Assembly: GCA_964554695.1 (NCBI GenBank) | Contig: CAZKPQ010000001.1 | Location: forward strand, 1 to 31,666 | DNA length: 31,666 bases | Source of the DNA: an uncultured Gammaproteobacteria bacterium | GTDB taxonomy: Bacteria; Patescibacteriota; Microgenomatia; JAMCZE01 | Direction: 5' to 3' | In this document: positions 1 to 8,363 of the stretch, one piece after another | Position numbering within the stretch: position 1 is the stretch's first letter | Layout of the letters: each line of letters starts with the position of its first letter | The notes under the pieces: generated by a model | Database searches by the model: none | What the model was told of the DNA's origin: nothing | Seen by the model: the letters and a program-made list of their open reading frames with translations, nothing else | Translations under genes and position numbers: made by a program

Positions 1-1
1 T

Positions 2-352
2 GGCCAGATCTTTGTTCAGGCCGTCAACCTCAAGCCCGACTATGCTAACGCCCACTATAATCTTGCTCAAGCTCTTCGCCAACTTAACCAACGTGAGCAA
101 GCCTTAGTTCAGCTTCAATTAACCGCCTCGATCGTTTGTTCCGCCCAAGGTCAAGCTGCCGCCGACTGTAAGCGCGTTAATCAAGAGATCACGGCTCTTG
201 GGAGCACTCCCGCCTCTCCAGCCGCCGGCTTAGTCCAGCCCGGTACAGAAACGGAGATAAAACCCGCCACCCCTGCTAGCCAAAACCTTCCCAACGCTCA
301 AACCCAACCTCCTGCCGTCATCAGTTCCCCTAGTGGCGAGCTTGAGCCATAG
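2..352 (+). CDS. TPR-repeat protein, C-terminal part (5'-truncated by window edge)
   Basis: Manual translation of frame 2 gives GQIFVQAVNLKPDYANAHYNLAQALRQLNQREQA..., a typical TPR pattern, then a Pro/Ala-rich tail ending in TAG at 350-352. Absent from the ORF track because there is no start codon in the window. Confidence 0.8.
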   Translation, partial: GQIFVQAVNLKPDYANAHYNLAQALRQLNQREQALVQLQLTASIVCSAQGQAAADCKRVNQEITALGSTPASPAAGLVQPGTETEIKPATPASQNLPNAQTQPPAVISSPSGELEP

Positions 353-363
353 TTTAAAAGCCT

Positions 364-876
364 CTATCGCCAGTAATAAATCATTAGCTCCCCAGCTGAC
401 CTCGCCCAGAGGCCGTCAGTTCCATTCGATATCCGCTCGGTAAATACACCGTGCAACGGCGAGTAGGCTAGATTGGTCCAAAACCGAGACCTCCGGCTCC
501 GTTCACAGCTAACCCTCACCGCTACTTTATCCGGTTGGCTCATTGACTCGACACCAAAATACTCTCGCCCCTCCCTATCTGCCCCCAAATGGTTCGTCAT
601 ACTTCCCCCTGTTGTATGAAAGATCGCCCCTCCCATTCTCTCCGAAGTCTCAACCAGCCTCACAAACATTTCCTTATTCGAGTTGCCATACTCCAACGAG
701 CTCTTTCGAAGCTCTAACTCAGTTAACCCTCTCACCTGACATTCATAAACCGGCGGACTAATCTGCTCAACTCCCTGGTAGATAAGAAGTAGAAGAAGTG
801 GAACGGTGATCACTCCTAACCATCGGCCCCAAGTAGGCCGCTCAAAAGCCCGGAATCGTTTACCCTTTTCTCTCAC
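364..876 (-). CDS. Hypothetical protein with one N-terminal transmembrane segment
   Basis: 170-aa ORF with GTG start; hydrophobic stretch WLGVITVPLLLLLIY; no recognisable family motif. Confidence 0.6.
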   Translation of the reverse strand: MREKGKRFRAFERPTWGRWLGVITVPLLLLLIYQGVEQISPPVYECQVRGLTELELRKSSLEYGNSNKEMFVRLVETSERMGGAIFHTTGGSMTNHLGADREGREYFGVESMSQPDKVAVRVSCERSRRSRFWTNLAYSPLHGVFTERISNGTDGLWARSAGELMIYYWR

Positions 877-883
877 AAATAAT

Positions 884-917
884 TACTCCCGGGAAGAGTG
901 GTCTCTCCCCAGGAGTA
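884..917 (-). terminator. Stem-loop downstream of the zinc-ribbon gene (probable terminator)
   Basis: Minus-strand UACUCCUGGGGAGAG-ACCA-CUCUUCCCGGGAGUA: 15 bp including 2 G-U pairs, followed by AUUAUUU. The U-tail is weak. Confidence 0.6.
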
Positions 918-935
918 CCAAAACCATTTCTTGCC

Positions 936-1286
936 CTAAGCCGACTTCATCTGTCGGTAACAATTATTGCAATAAATTGGTTTGACTGGTTTACCAGTCG
1001 CCTCATCAATTCTTGGTTGAAAAGGCACTTGGCAAGCCTGACCGCAGTTGCTACAAACTGCATCATACATTTGACGAGGACCGGCATTGTAACCGCCGCC
1101 GTATCGTCCCCCTTGGCCGCCACCATTGACGGCTGCTTTACGGGCAGCTCTATCAGCGGGACATCGAACTGGTGGATTTGTAAACCCCTTCGAAGCATAG
1201 AACGCTTGTTCTGAGGCTGTCCAAACAAATGTCTGACCACAGTCCCGACAAGTCAGGGTCTGATCAGTATATTGATTTGCATCCAT
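936..1286 (-). CDS. Two-domain zinc-ribbon protein (zf-trcl-like N-domain plus CxxC-x17-CxxC-like C-domain)
   Basis: DQTLTCRDCGQTFVWTASEQAFYASKGFTNPPVRCP; Gly/Tyr/Arg linker; MYDAVCSNCG...VPFQP...PIYCNNCY. Strong SD GGAGGAGGTG at 1298-1307. Confidence 0.85.
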   Translation of the reverse strand: MDANQYTDQTLTCRDCGQTFVWTASEQAFYASKGFTNPPVRCPADRAARKAAVNGGGQGGRYGGGYNAGPRQMYDAVCSNCGQACQVPFQPRIDEATGKPVKPIYCNNCYRQMKSA

Positions 1287-1313
1287 TAGAAAATTTGCAC
1301 CTCCTCCGTGGTT

Positions 1314-1353
1314 GAATTCCAGTAGATCTTCTCGTGCCTTTCTACTGGAACTC
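1314..1353 (-). promoter_or_regulatory. 13-bp hairpin in the 5' UTR of the zinc-ribbon gene
   Basis: GAGUUCCAGUAGA / UCUACUGGAAUUC (12 Watson-Crick pairs plus 1 G-U) with a 14-nt purine-rich loop, ending 6 nt before the SD. Confidence 0.6.
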
Positions 1354-1396
1354 CAGGAAAAGGAAAAAACTTCGAGGTTACTAAACTGGTAAATCT

Positions 1397-1405
1397 ATTA
1401 TACCA
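1397..1405 (-). promoter_or_regulatory. Extended -10 promoter (TGG-TATAAT) for the zinc-ribbon gene
   Basis: Minus strand reads TGGTATAAT, about 110 nt upstream of the ATG. Confidence 0.65.
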
Positions 1406-1427
1406 AGACTCTCCCTGGTTTTAAAGC

Positions 1428-2867
1428 CTACTGACCTACTCTAAGCTCAACATCAACCCCCGAAGAAATAATCGCTCTTTTAATAATACTCCATGAAAGC
1501 GCGTCTAGTTGTTCACTGGTCTGCAATTCCTCGGGCAAAGTAGGCTTCACCACTTCACGTAGCAACCTCCTGAAAGCCTCAATATCATCCTTCTCCTTAA
1601 TCTGAGCCAACTTGTCTCCCCCTACTGTCTGTATAAGTAAGTCTCCCACTGGATCCAGCACCGGTCCATAGTTAGACCTAATTAGATGAGGGCTTGCTTT
1701 AGCCCATTCATTTTGACTAAACGTCTTATCGGCTGCAATTAAATCCGCCACCCACTCCTCTAGTCCAGACATCTTCACTTCCATTGTCCGCTCACCATCG
1801 GAGAACTTCACAGCGAAATCTAGGCCAGCAGTCCTAACCTCTGATAAATCCAAGGAAAGGTACTCTCTAACCTCCTGTCGAGCCTCCTCGTCCAATTGCG
1901 GATCAACCTCTACCCCCTGCCTAATCTCAGCTTTAATCTCTTCTATCCCTACTCCCCTAACTAGCTCTTCCACCCCCTTGTCACTAGCTTCAAGTTGTGT
2001 CGATTCCAGAAGTCCAGTACAAACGTGACCTATAAATTCGTGGAACCGCGTATTAGTCTGCTGGGCACGAATAAACTCATCAAACTCCTCTCCGGTAACT
2101 ACTCTCACCAGCTCCGAGTCTAGTTCATCCCTCCGTTCTTGGAGTAGGTGATTATAGGCTTCCCTGACAGCCCCTTCACTAAGCAGCGCTACCCGCACTG
2201 GCTCGGTCGCCGAATATTCAAGTACTGTCGTCGTCACCCCGTGAATAATTCCATCGCCACCAGACACCCGGGAGAATGGTTCAGTCTGTTCAGTCACTAA
2301 TAATTCCATTCCCTGTTCTGCTTCATCTTGACAATAGTTGATCGCCGTAGAGCTTTCGAGAAATGCCCTAACTTGTGCCCTAAACCCACCCGAGCCTACA
2401 ATTGTTGCCTTGACCGCTCCGTCAACCCGAGTTACTCCTTTAACCGTATCTTCCGAGCTCGCACCGGCCCCCCCAAACATCCCCCCACTTACGGTCGGAG
2501 TCACCACGCGCTCGGTTGGAGATGGGGTCAGGGAAAGCCCTTGGCCTCCACCAGAAGGCTCTGGTGAATCGTCGTCTGACAGCTCGTCGCCATTTACTTC
2601 CTGGCTACCACCAACACAACCAGCTAAATAAACCGCACAAAAAACTGTAAAGGCAAGAGGACCCCACTTCTTGAGAATATAGCTCGATACCTCTGACAAC
2701 TTAGGCTGTCTGCCTCTTCTTAATGCACCCGCGAGTTCACTTGCCCCCAACTCCGCTTGGTACATTGCCCTTTCCCTCTCCGTCACCGCATGCCTGCCGA
2801 CCCCTTTCTCGTGAGCCTGTATGGCTTTAGTCAACTCTCGCTCCCCAGAGCGACCTACGTAGTTCAT
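1428..2867 (-). CDS. Hypothetical exported or lipoprotein-like protein
   Basis: 479-aa ORF; hydrophobic segment PLAFTVFCAVYLAGC ending in a lipobox-like LAGC; Ser/Pro/Thr linker; acidic body. Confidence 0.7.
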   Translation of the reverse strand: MNYVGRSGERELTKAIQAHEKGVGRHAVTERERAMYQAELGASELAGALRRGRQPKLSEVSSYILKKWGPLAFTVFCAVYLAGCVGGSQEVNGDELSDDDSPEPSGGGQGLSLTPSPTERVVTPTVSGGMFGGAGASSEDTVKGVTRVDGAVKATIVGSGGFRAQVRAFLESSTAINYCQDEAEQGMELLVTEQTEPFSRVSGGDGIIHGVTTTVLEYSATEPVRVALLSEGAVREAYNHLLQERRDELDSELVRVVTGEEFDEFIRAQQTNTRFHEFIGHVCTGLLESTQLEASDKGVEELVRGVGIEEIKAEIRQGVEVDPQLDEEARQEVREYLSLDLSEVRTAGLDFAVKFSDGERTMEVKMSGLEEWVADLIAADKTFSQNEWAKASPHLIRSNYGPVLDPVGDLLIQTVGGDKLAQIKEKDDIEAFRRLLREVVKPTLPEELQTSEQLDALSWSIIKRAIISSGVDVELRVGQ

Positions 2868-2873
2868 GGGTCA

Positions 2874-2882
2874 ATGTTAGCA
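2874..2882 (-). promoter_or_regulatory. Extended -10 (TGC-TAACAT) 6 nt before ATG; probable leaderless transcript
   Basis: Plus strand atgttagca at 2874-2882; ATG at 2867. Confidence 0.55.
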
Positions 2883-2952
2883 CAAAAATCGCCAAAAGTA
2901 AATGCTATAGGACTATAAAGAGCCTTCGACTTAACTGTACCACTCCAAATCT

Positions 2953-4044
2953 TCAACCCAAAGTTTTTCCTAAAAGCTGCCAAGTCTGGGAAAGAACCTG
3001 TCGCCCACGAGGTATCTGCCTATTAGGGATCCACGGTGTTTGTTTACTTTCTAATACCCGGATTTGTCCAGCCATCTCCTGAACTAATACCACATGATCC
3101 CCCGTCATTAAGTAATTAGCGAGGCTCTCATCATATCGGGCTGCAAGACCAACCAAGGTACTTACGGGTTCAAAAGGTCGGTTACCGCGTCTTATTTCCT
3201 CGGGGAACTGCCCTCCTATGGCATTCAAAATTTCATTTGCGAGAATCTCCCTATTCCCTTCCTCGTAGGTTATCCCTAAAAATTTACATAGCTTGGCTAA
3301 CTCTTCAGCCCGAATGACAATATCCTGTCGGTAAAGTTCACCAGCACCTTGACTTACCACCCCCGATACCGCCGCTACCTTAAAATCCGTTTGGAGAGCC
3401 ATTAAGGGATCAACTGGACGAAGACCCAAATTCCCCACATCCGCCAATTCGACTTCCTGCCTGGATGGCGACAGGACTACATGAAGGACTTTACCCGGAG
3501 CAGTAATCCTAGACATATATCTCTCCGCGGCAGAAAGAAGCTGCTCTGGCTCTCTCCCGAAACCTTCCAACGACGCTCTTGAGCCATACATTACTAGAGC
3601 AGTGTATCTCCTTGTTTTAAGCTCCGAAGGCACGACTACTGTGTCTGGAGCTATGTTTCTACCTAAAACTCTCGTTTCTAGTGGCTTCGCCTCACTAAAT
3701 AATTCGTGGGGAGGTTCAATAAGGTCTCCGACATAATAGGGTTCGCCGTCGGGCGCAATCGCTACTCTTACCGATTTACCACGATCGTTTATGAACTCCC
3801 CTATGGATTCACTTGGTCGAAGCCAGGCAGTTGGCCCAAAACTCCTCTCATGAACCCTTCTCGTAAATTCGTTCTCCGATAACTTAGCATTGATTCCGAC
3901 TATCTCTTGAAGTTTCCTGGCAAATTCTCTGTTTGCTCGATCCTTTGGGCTCTCTGGTTCAGTGCAGGCGGCCAATACCGTTACCAAGCCCCCCATAAGC
4001 GTTAATCGGAGAAAGTCTCTTCGGGGAATTGGATATCGCGGCAC
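2953..4044 (-). CDS. Hypothetical lipoprotein with twin-arginine-like signal peptide
   Basis: N-terminus PRRDFLRLTLMGGLVTVLAAC (RRxFL, hydrophobic core, LAAC lipobox). TGA-TAGAAT lies 6 nt before the GTG. Confidence 0.7.
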   Translation of the reverse strand: MPRYPIPRRDFLRLTLMGGLVTVLAACTEPESPKDRANREFARKLQEIVGINAKLSENEFTRRVHERSFGPTAWLRPSESIGEFINDRGKSVRVAIAPDGEPYYVGDLIEPPHELFSEAKPLETRVLGRNIAPDTVVVPSELKTRRYTALVMYGSRASLEGFGREPEQLLSAAERYMSRITAPGKVLHVVLSPSRQEVELADVGNLGLRPVDPLMALQTDFKVAAVSGVVSQGAGELYRQDIVIRAEELAKLCKFLGITYEEGNREILANEILNAIGGQFPEEIRRGNRPFEPVSTLVGLAARYDESLANYLMTGDHVVLVQEMAGQIRVLESKQTPWIPNRQIPRGRQVLSQTWQLLGKTLG

Positions 4045-4050
4045 TATGGG

Positions 4051-4059
4051 ATTCTATCA
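4051..4059 (-). promoter_or_regulatory. Extended -10 (TGA-TAGAAT) 6 nt before GTG; probable leaderless transcript
   Basis: Plus strand attctatca at 4051-4059; GTG at 4044. Confidence 0.55.
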
Positions 4060-4078
4060 CAGAGGGAAAATCCAAACC

Positions 4079-4951
4079 CTACTTTGAAGTCCTAACTGGC
4101 AGAACCTTCTCTTCTCCAAGATTAAGAACGTTAACGAGGTTAGAATCCATCGGTAACACCCACTTTGTTCCTGAACCCGACAGAACATTTTGGCTCACTC
4201 GAAGCTTCTCGTAAAGTTGAGCATTATCCTTAAAGTACTTTTCCGCCGCTTCTGATACCTCTTTAATCGCATCAGCCTGGGCTTTTGCTTGGACAATAAC
4301 AGCCTGCGCCTTTCCTTCTGCCTCTAAAATATCCTTCTGCTTTTGTCCTTCAGCTTGAAGAATCTGCGACTGTCGAACTCCTTCCGACTCTAAAATTGCC
4401 GCCCGCTTTTCCCGCTCCGCCTTCATCTGTTGACTCATCGCATCCGTAATATCCTGGGGTGGATCAATTTTTTGGACCTCAACTCTTGTTACCTTTACTC
4501 CCCACCCATGGGTTGCCTCATCTAAGACGTCTCGTAAATTCGTGTTGATTAGGTCGCGTGCTACCAGCGTTTCGTCAAGAGTCTTGTCTCCAATTAGGTT
4601 CCGAAGGTTCGTTTGAGCAAGCGTTGTGGCCGCAATTCCAAAATCCTCGACTTCAAATTCCGCCTTTACTGGATCAACTACTTTAAAGTAGATCACCGCG
4701 TCCACGACGACCGTCACGTTGTCCTTGGTAATCACTTGCTGCGGATCAACCGAGATCACCTTTTCCCGCATGTCGACTTTGATAAGCGACTCGATAAACG
4801 GAATAATAAAGTTCACTCCCGAATCAATCGTCGATCGGTATTTACCTAGTCGAAGGACTACTCCCTTCTCATACTGGTTAATGATCTTTACCGAAGCTAG
4901 TATTGCCCAGAGAGAAATTATCGCTAGTGTCCCAAAAAGAATCAGTTCCAT
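4079..4951 (-). CDS. SPFH/band-7 (stomatin/QmcA-like) membrane protein
   Basis: N-terminal TM; QYEKGVVLRLGKY; VDMRE...QQVITKDNVTVVVDAVIYF; AQTNLRNLIG; WGVKVTRVEV; QMKAEREKRAAILESEG. Confidence 0.95.
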   Translation of the reverse strand: MELILFGTLAIISLWAILASVKIINQYEKGVVLRLGKYRSTIDSGVNFIIPFIESLIKVDMREKVISVDPQQVITKDNVTVVVDAVIYFKVVDPVKAEFEVEDFGIAATTLAQTNLRNLIGDKTLDETLVARDLINTNLRDVLDEATHGWGVKVTRVEVQKIDPPQDITDAMSQQMKAEREKRAAILESEGVRQSQILQAEGQKQKDILEAEGKAQAVIVQAKAQADAIKEVSEAAEKYFKDNAQLYEKLRVSQNVLSGSGTKWVLPMDSNLVNVLNLGEEKVLPVRTSK

Positions 4952-5388
4952 TTTGTAACTTTTAGGGTAACCCCACTTACCCCCTCCACCTTTATCTTAT
5001 CGCCTTTCTGAAGTGTGTCAATAGTCCCGTCACCAAGCTCCGCCCGCCAAATCTCCGTCCCAACTTTTACTTGTCCCACTCCGCCTTCAGTAATTTCCTT
5101 TACTACCAATCCTTCGCGGCCCAACACTTCATCGGCATTAGTTTTTGAACTTGTCACAAATAGCTTCTTTTTTACAAAGGCTCGACCAAGAATAATATAA
5201 AGTCCAGCTAAAATCGTCGTTACTATAAGACCGAGCTCAAAACTGCCACTCACCACTCCCACAGCTCCCCCAACTATCAGGCTCGCTCCCAAAAGCACCA
5301 AATCAAATCCCGTCTCTACTCCAACCACGAGTTCAGCTGCTACCGCCCCCAGTCCCAAGAAGACTAATATCCAGGAATAGCTTTCCAT
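4942..5388 (-). CDS. NfeD-family protein (short form, C-terminal OB-fold)
   Basis: Hydrophobic N-half; GREGLVVKEI...GQVKVGTEIWRA...GDKIKVEGVSGVTLKV; adjacent to the SPFH gene. ATG at 5388 overlaps the glgA TGA. Confidence 0.9.
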   Translation of the reverse strand: MESYSWILVFLGLGAVAAELVVGVETGFDLVLLGASLIVGGAVGVVSGSFELGLIVTTILAGLYIILGRAFVKKKLFVTSSKTNADEVLGREGLVVKEITEGGVGQVKVGTEIWRAELGDGTIDTLQKGDKIKVEGVSGVTLKVTKWN

Positions 5389-6743
5389 CAAACGCTATTA
5401 TAAAGCTCCAGATATCTTTTTGCACTTCTGTCCCACGAGAAATCCTCAGCTGTCGCCTTTTCCCGCATCATTCGAAGTATCGCCGGCTCCCCAATTATCC
5501 TCACCGATCTCCTCAATGCCTCCAATAACTCCTGACTACTGTACTTCCTAAATAAGAACCCTGTTTCTCCATCCCGGATACTATCATGAAGTCCCCCAGT
5601 ATCCCTAGCAATCGGTAACGTACCGTATCGCATGGCTACCATCTGTGTCAGTCCACACGGCTCAAACTTCGAGGGAATCAATAGAAAATCACTAGCCGCA
5701 TATATCTCATGAGCTAACTCTTCATTAAACCTATTTATGAACGTCACCTCAGGCCGGCCAAAAAACTCATCTGTCTCTACTTCCAGGTCCGTCATTTCCC
5801 TGCGGTACTCCTCCTGGCCAGTTCCCAAGACCACCAGATGAGCATGAGTCTCTTTAGTAAACTCTTCCCACGCCTCTACCAAAATCTCCACCCCTTTCTG
5901 ATCCGTTAGCCTCCCAACAAACGCGTATAGGGGTAACCTAACATCACTGTCAAAACCCAATCTCTCAATTAGTCTCTGCTCATTAATCGCTTTGAAATTA
6001 TCAACAGACCCCTCAAGTCTATTCTCTAAATACTGATCACTCCTGGGATCCCAAACCTTGGTATCAATCCCATTTAAAATCCCAACCAACTTACCCTCTT
6101 TTGCCCTCCCGCCTAAGATCCCCTCCAGCCCACAACCCAACTCTCCTGTCTGTATTTCTTTCGCATATTGCGGACTCACTGTTGTTACTAAATCGGCTGC
6201 CCCTATCCCGGCTGCCAGTCCCGTCCGCTCACTTCCCTTATTAGCCAAATTGTGGATCGTCAAGATAGTCTTAATTCCCAATCCGCGCCTCTTTATTTCC
6301 GCTAGTAGGTGGCAGCTATGCTTATCGTGACCGTGAACAATATCAAATTTCTCTTTCTCTAGCCACGTCGCCACTGCCATCGAAAAAAACTCAAACCGAG
6401 TGTTCTCTAGACTATCTTCACTGACCGCCGAGAAATCGGCCTTATCATATGGTCCGTCTGAAAGATACTCTTCGTTCGCAAATAGATAGACTGGCACTTC
6501 ACTGCCCGGTAGTCGGCCCTCCCAAATCCGAACCTCGCTTTCCTTATCCCGAAAGTTAACTTTTACCAAGTCCCGTTCCTTAACTGGGAAATCAGCCTCC
6601 TTCACCTTTCGGTAATAAGGTAGAGCTATGCCTACCTCTACCCCTAGTCCAGCCTGAAATTTTGGCAGACTCCCAACCACGTCACCCAGTCCTCCCACCT
6701 TAACAATTGGCGCACACTCGCTGGCAGTATGAAGAATTCTCAT
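5388..6743 (-). CDS. glgA: Glycogen/starch synthase (GT5), copy 1
   Basis: ASECAPIVKVGGLGDV (KxGGL), TIHNL, TTVSPQYAKEI, GILNGID, GRLTDQKG, PSKFEPCGLTQMVAMRYG, TGGLHDSI. ATG at 6743 preferred over the ORF-track TTG at 6752. Confidence 0.93.
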   Translation of the reverse strand: MRILHTASECAPIVKVGGLGDVVGSLPKFQAGLGVEVGIALPYYRKVKEADFPVKERDLVKVNFRDKESEVRIWEGRLPGSEVPVYLFANEEYLSDGPYDKADFSAVSEDSLENTRFEFFSMAVATWLEKEKFDIVHGHDKHSCHLLAEIKRRGLGIKTILTIHNLANKGSERTGLAAGIGAADLVTTVSPQYAKEIQTGELGCGLEGILGGRAKEGKLVGILNGIDTKVWDPRSDQYLENRLEGSVDNFKAINEQRLIERLGFDSDVRLPLYAFVGRLTDQKGVEILVEAWEEFTKETHAHLVVLGTGQEEYRREMTDLEVETDEFFGRPEVTFINRFNEELAHEIYAASDFLLIPSKFEPCGLTQMVAMRYGTLPIARDTGGLHDSIRDGETGFLFRKYSSQELLEALRRSVRIIGEPAILRMMREKATAEDFSWDRSAKRYLELYNSV

Positions 6744-6745
6744 CG

Positions 6746-7075
6746 TTAACAAGCTCTAAACACATACTCACCAATAACCAGGTCTACCGGCATTATCACT
6801 TCCCGCTCTTCCAGTCCTACCGGCACCCGCTCCCTCCGCGGCCAAACAATCTCGGTTACTGAGTTAACCGGTCTAGTAACCCCGTTATCAAATTCCCTCT
6901 CCATATGCGTGGTCGCGGTAAACCCTCGCCCGGGTAATAATCGTGGCTTAACTTCGTAGCCCGTGATCTTTGTTCGCCCATCGTCTAGAAGACGACCGGA
7001 GGGAATTACCATCTTCTCGGTAAGAGGAATAAAATCTGCGTCTGAAGTCTCAACTTTTCGAAAGAACGCCGCCAC
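6746..7075 (-). CDS. Hypothetical protein, first gene of the glgA1-nfeD-SPFH operon
   Basis: ORF stops 2 nt before the glgA ATG. GTG at 7075 lies 6 nt after TGA-TAAGAT; the ORF track starts at TTG 7081. Confidence 0.6.
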   Translation of the reverse strand: MAAFFRKVETSDADFIPLTEKMVIPSGRLLDDGRTKITGYEVKPRLLPGRGFTATTHMEREFDNGVTRPVNSVTEIVWPRRERVPVGLEEREVIMPVDLVIGEYVFRAC

Positions 7076-7081
7076 GAGCAA

Positions 7082-7124
7082 ATCTTATCAGTAAAATGGC
7101 CTAAAGCCAACTTAGTGCTAAAAT
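7082..7124. promoter_or_regulatory. Divergent pair of extended -10 promoters
   Basis: Minus: TGA-TAAGAT (7082-7090), 6 nt before GTG 7075. Plus: TGC-TAAAAT (7116-7124), 6 nt before ATG 7131. Confidence 0.6.
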
Positions 7125-7130
7125 CTTCTC

Positions 7131-8363
7131 ATGCGCACCTGGGCCCCCATTCTTCATTTCTATCAACCTCCTACCCAGGCTCCTGGCCTCACGGAATGGA
7201 TTAAAAAGACTTGTTACGAACCCCTCCTACAGCTCCTCGTAGATCATCCCGAAGCCGAACTAACCATTAATTTTTCTGCCTCCCTAGCCATCCAATTAGA
7301 GTCACTCCAAGGAGGTAAAATTTTCCAAAATCTCCAGACTCTCTTTGATCGCGGTCAGATAGAAATCCTTCAAAGCCCTATCTATCACCCAATTATTCCC
7401 CTTACTCCCCTCGAAGTTATCAAGCGTCAAATAATAGAGAATCAAACTACCCTTCAAGCCAAACTAAATTTTACTCCTTTAAACGGACTCTTTCCGCCTG
7501 AGCTAGCCTTAAGCCCCGAAGCCATTCAGTCACTTCTACCTGACTTCGACTTCCTTGTTACCGACGAATCCACTCTTAATCCTACATTTGATCTGGGAAC
7601 TCTCCTCTCTAATTCTCTCTTCACCCATCCGGCGGGCAAACTCTTAGTCGTTAGCCGTAGCCTTAGTGAAATCCTCCGCTCTGGTCCTAAATCTCTCGAC
7701 CCGGACAAGTTTGCAAACTTTTTGGAAACTAACACTCCCGATGGATCCTTTATCGCGAGTCTCAGTGACGCCGAACTCTTCGGCCACCATACCCCCGAAA
7801 GACTTGATTTTCTACTTAGGCTTATCCAAGGCTCTAAAGTGAAGTTCGCCAAGCTCTCCTCTCTTCTTTCCAAAACCCCTTCCCAAGAGATCAAAGAGAG
7901 TCAGTTAACCTCTTCTACTTGGCAAACAGAGCCCAACGACTTGAAAAACCATAACCCCTTCCCCCTCTGGCAAGACCAGCAAAACCCTCTTCATGAAAAA
8001 TATCACCAGTTAATCAACCTCGCCTACGCCTCAATTCAAAAATATCTCCCGTCCAATAATTATCTTGACTCGTGCCAAGTTGCCGTTCATCACTTTGACC
8101 GCGGCATCTCTTCCTGTCACACCCTCTGGCTATCACTTCGTCCCTGGTGGCATCCCGACCTCGCGGAAGCTGGCGCTACCGAGTTAATCAAGGCCATTCG
8201 GACTCTTCCTCTCGACCCTTCAGTCAAGATTCAAGCTGAAGACCTCTATTATTCTCTAGTTCAGGAAATCTGGCACCTTCACTGGTCCGGCGAAACTCAA
8301 AAGTCCTTCGATGTCTTTGATCAAAAACGTGCCGCCCTCATAGAAAAACTCCCTCAAATATGA
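7131..8363 (+). CDS. Glycoside hydrolase family 57 protein
   Basis: LHFYQP (CSR-1), YEPLL, IYHPIIPL, GLFPPELA (nucleophile Glu region), LSDAELFGHH (acid/base Asp region). Confidence 0.88.
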   Translation: MRTWAPILHFYQPPTQAPGLTEWIKKTCYEPLLQLLVDHPEAELTINFSASLAIQLESLQGGKIFQNLQTLFDRGQIEILQSPIYHPIIPLTPLEVIKRQIIENQTTLQAKLNFTPLNGLFPPELALSPEAIQSLLPDFDFLVTDESTLNPTFDLGTLLSNSLFTHPAGKLLVVSRSLSEILRSGPKSLDPDKFANFLETNTPDGSFIASLSDAELFGHHTPERLDFLLRLIQGSKVKFAKLSSLLSKTPSQEIKESQLTSSTWQTEPNDLKNHNPFPLWQDQQNPLHEKYHQLINLAYASIQKYLPSNNYLDSCQVAVHHFDRGISSCHTLWLSLRPWWHPDLAEAGATELIKAIRTLPLDPSVKIQAEDLYYSLVQEIWHLHWSGETQKSFDVFDQKRAALIEKLPQI

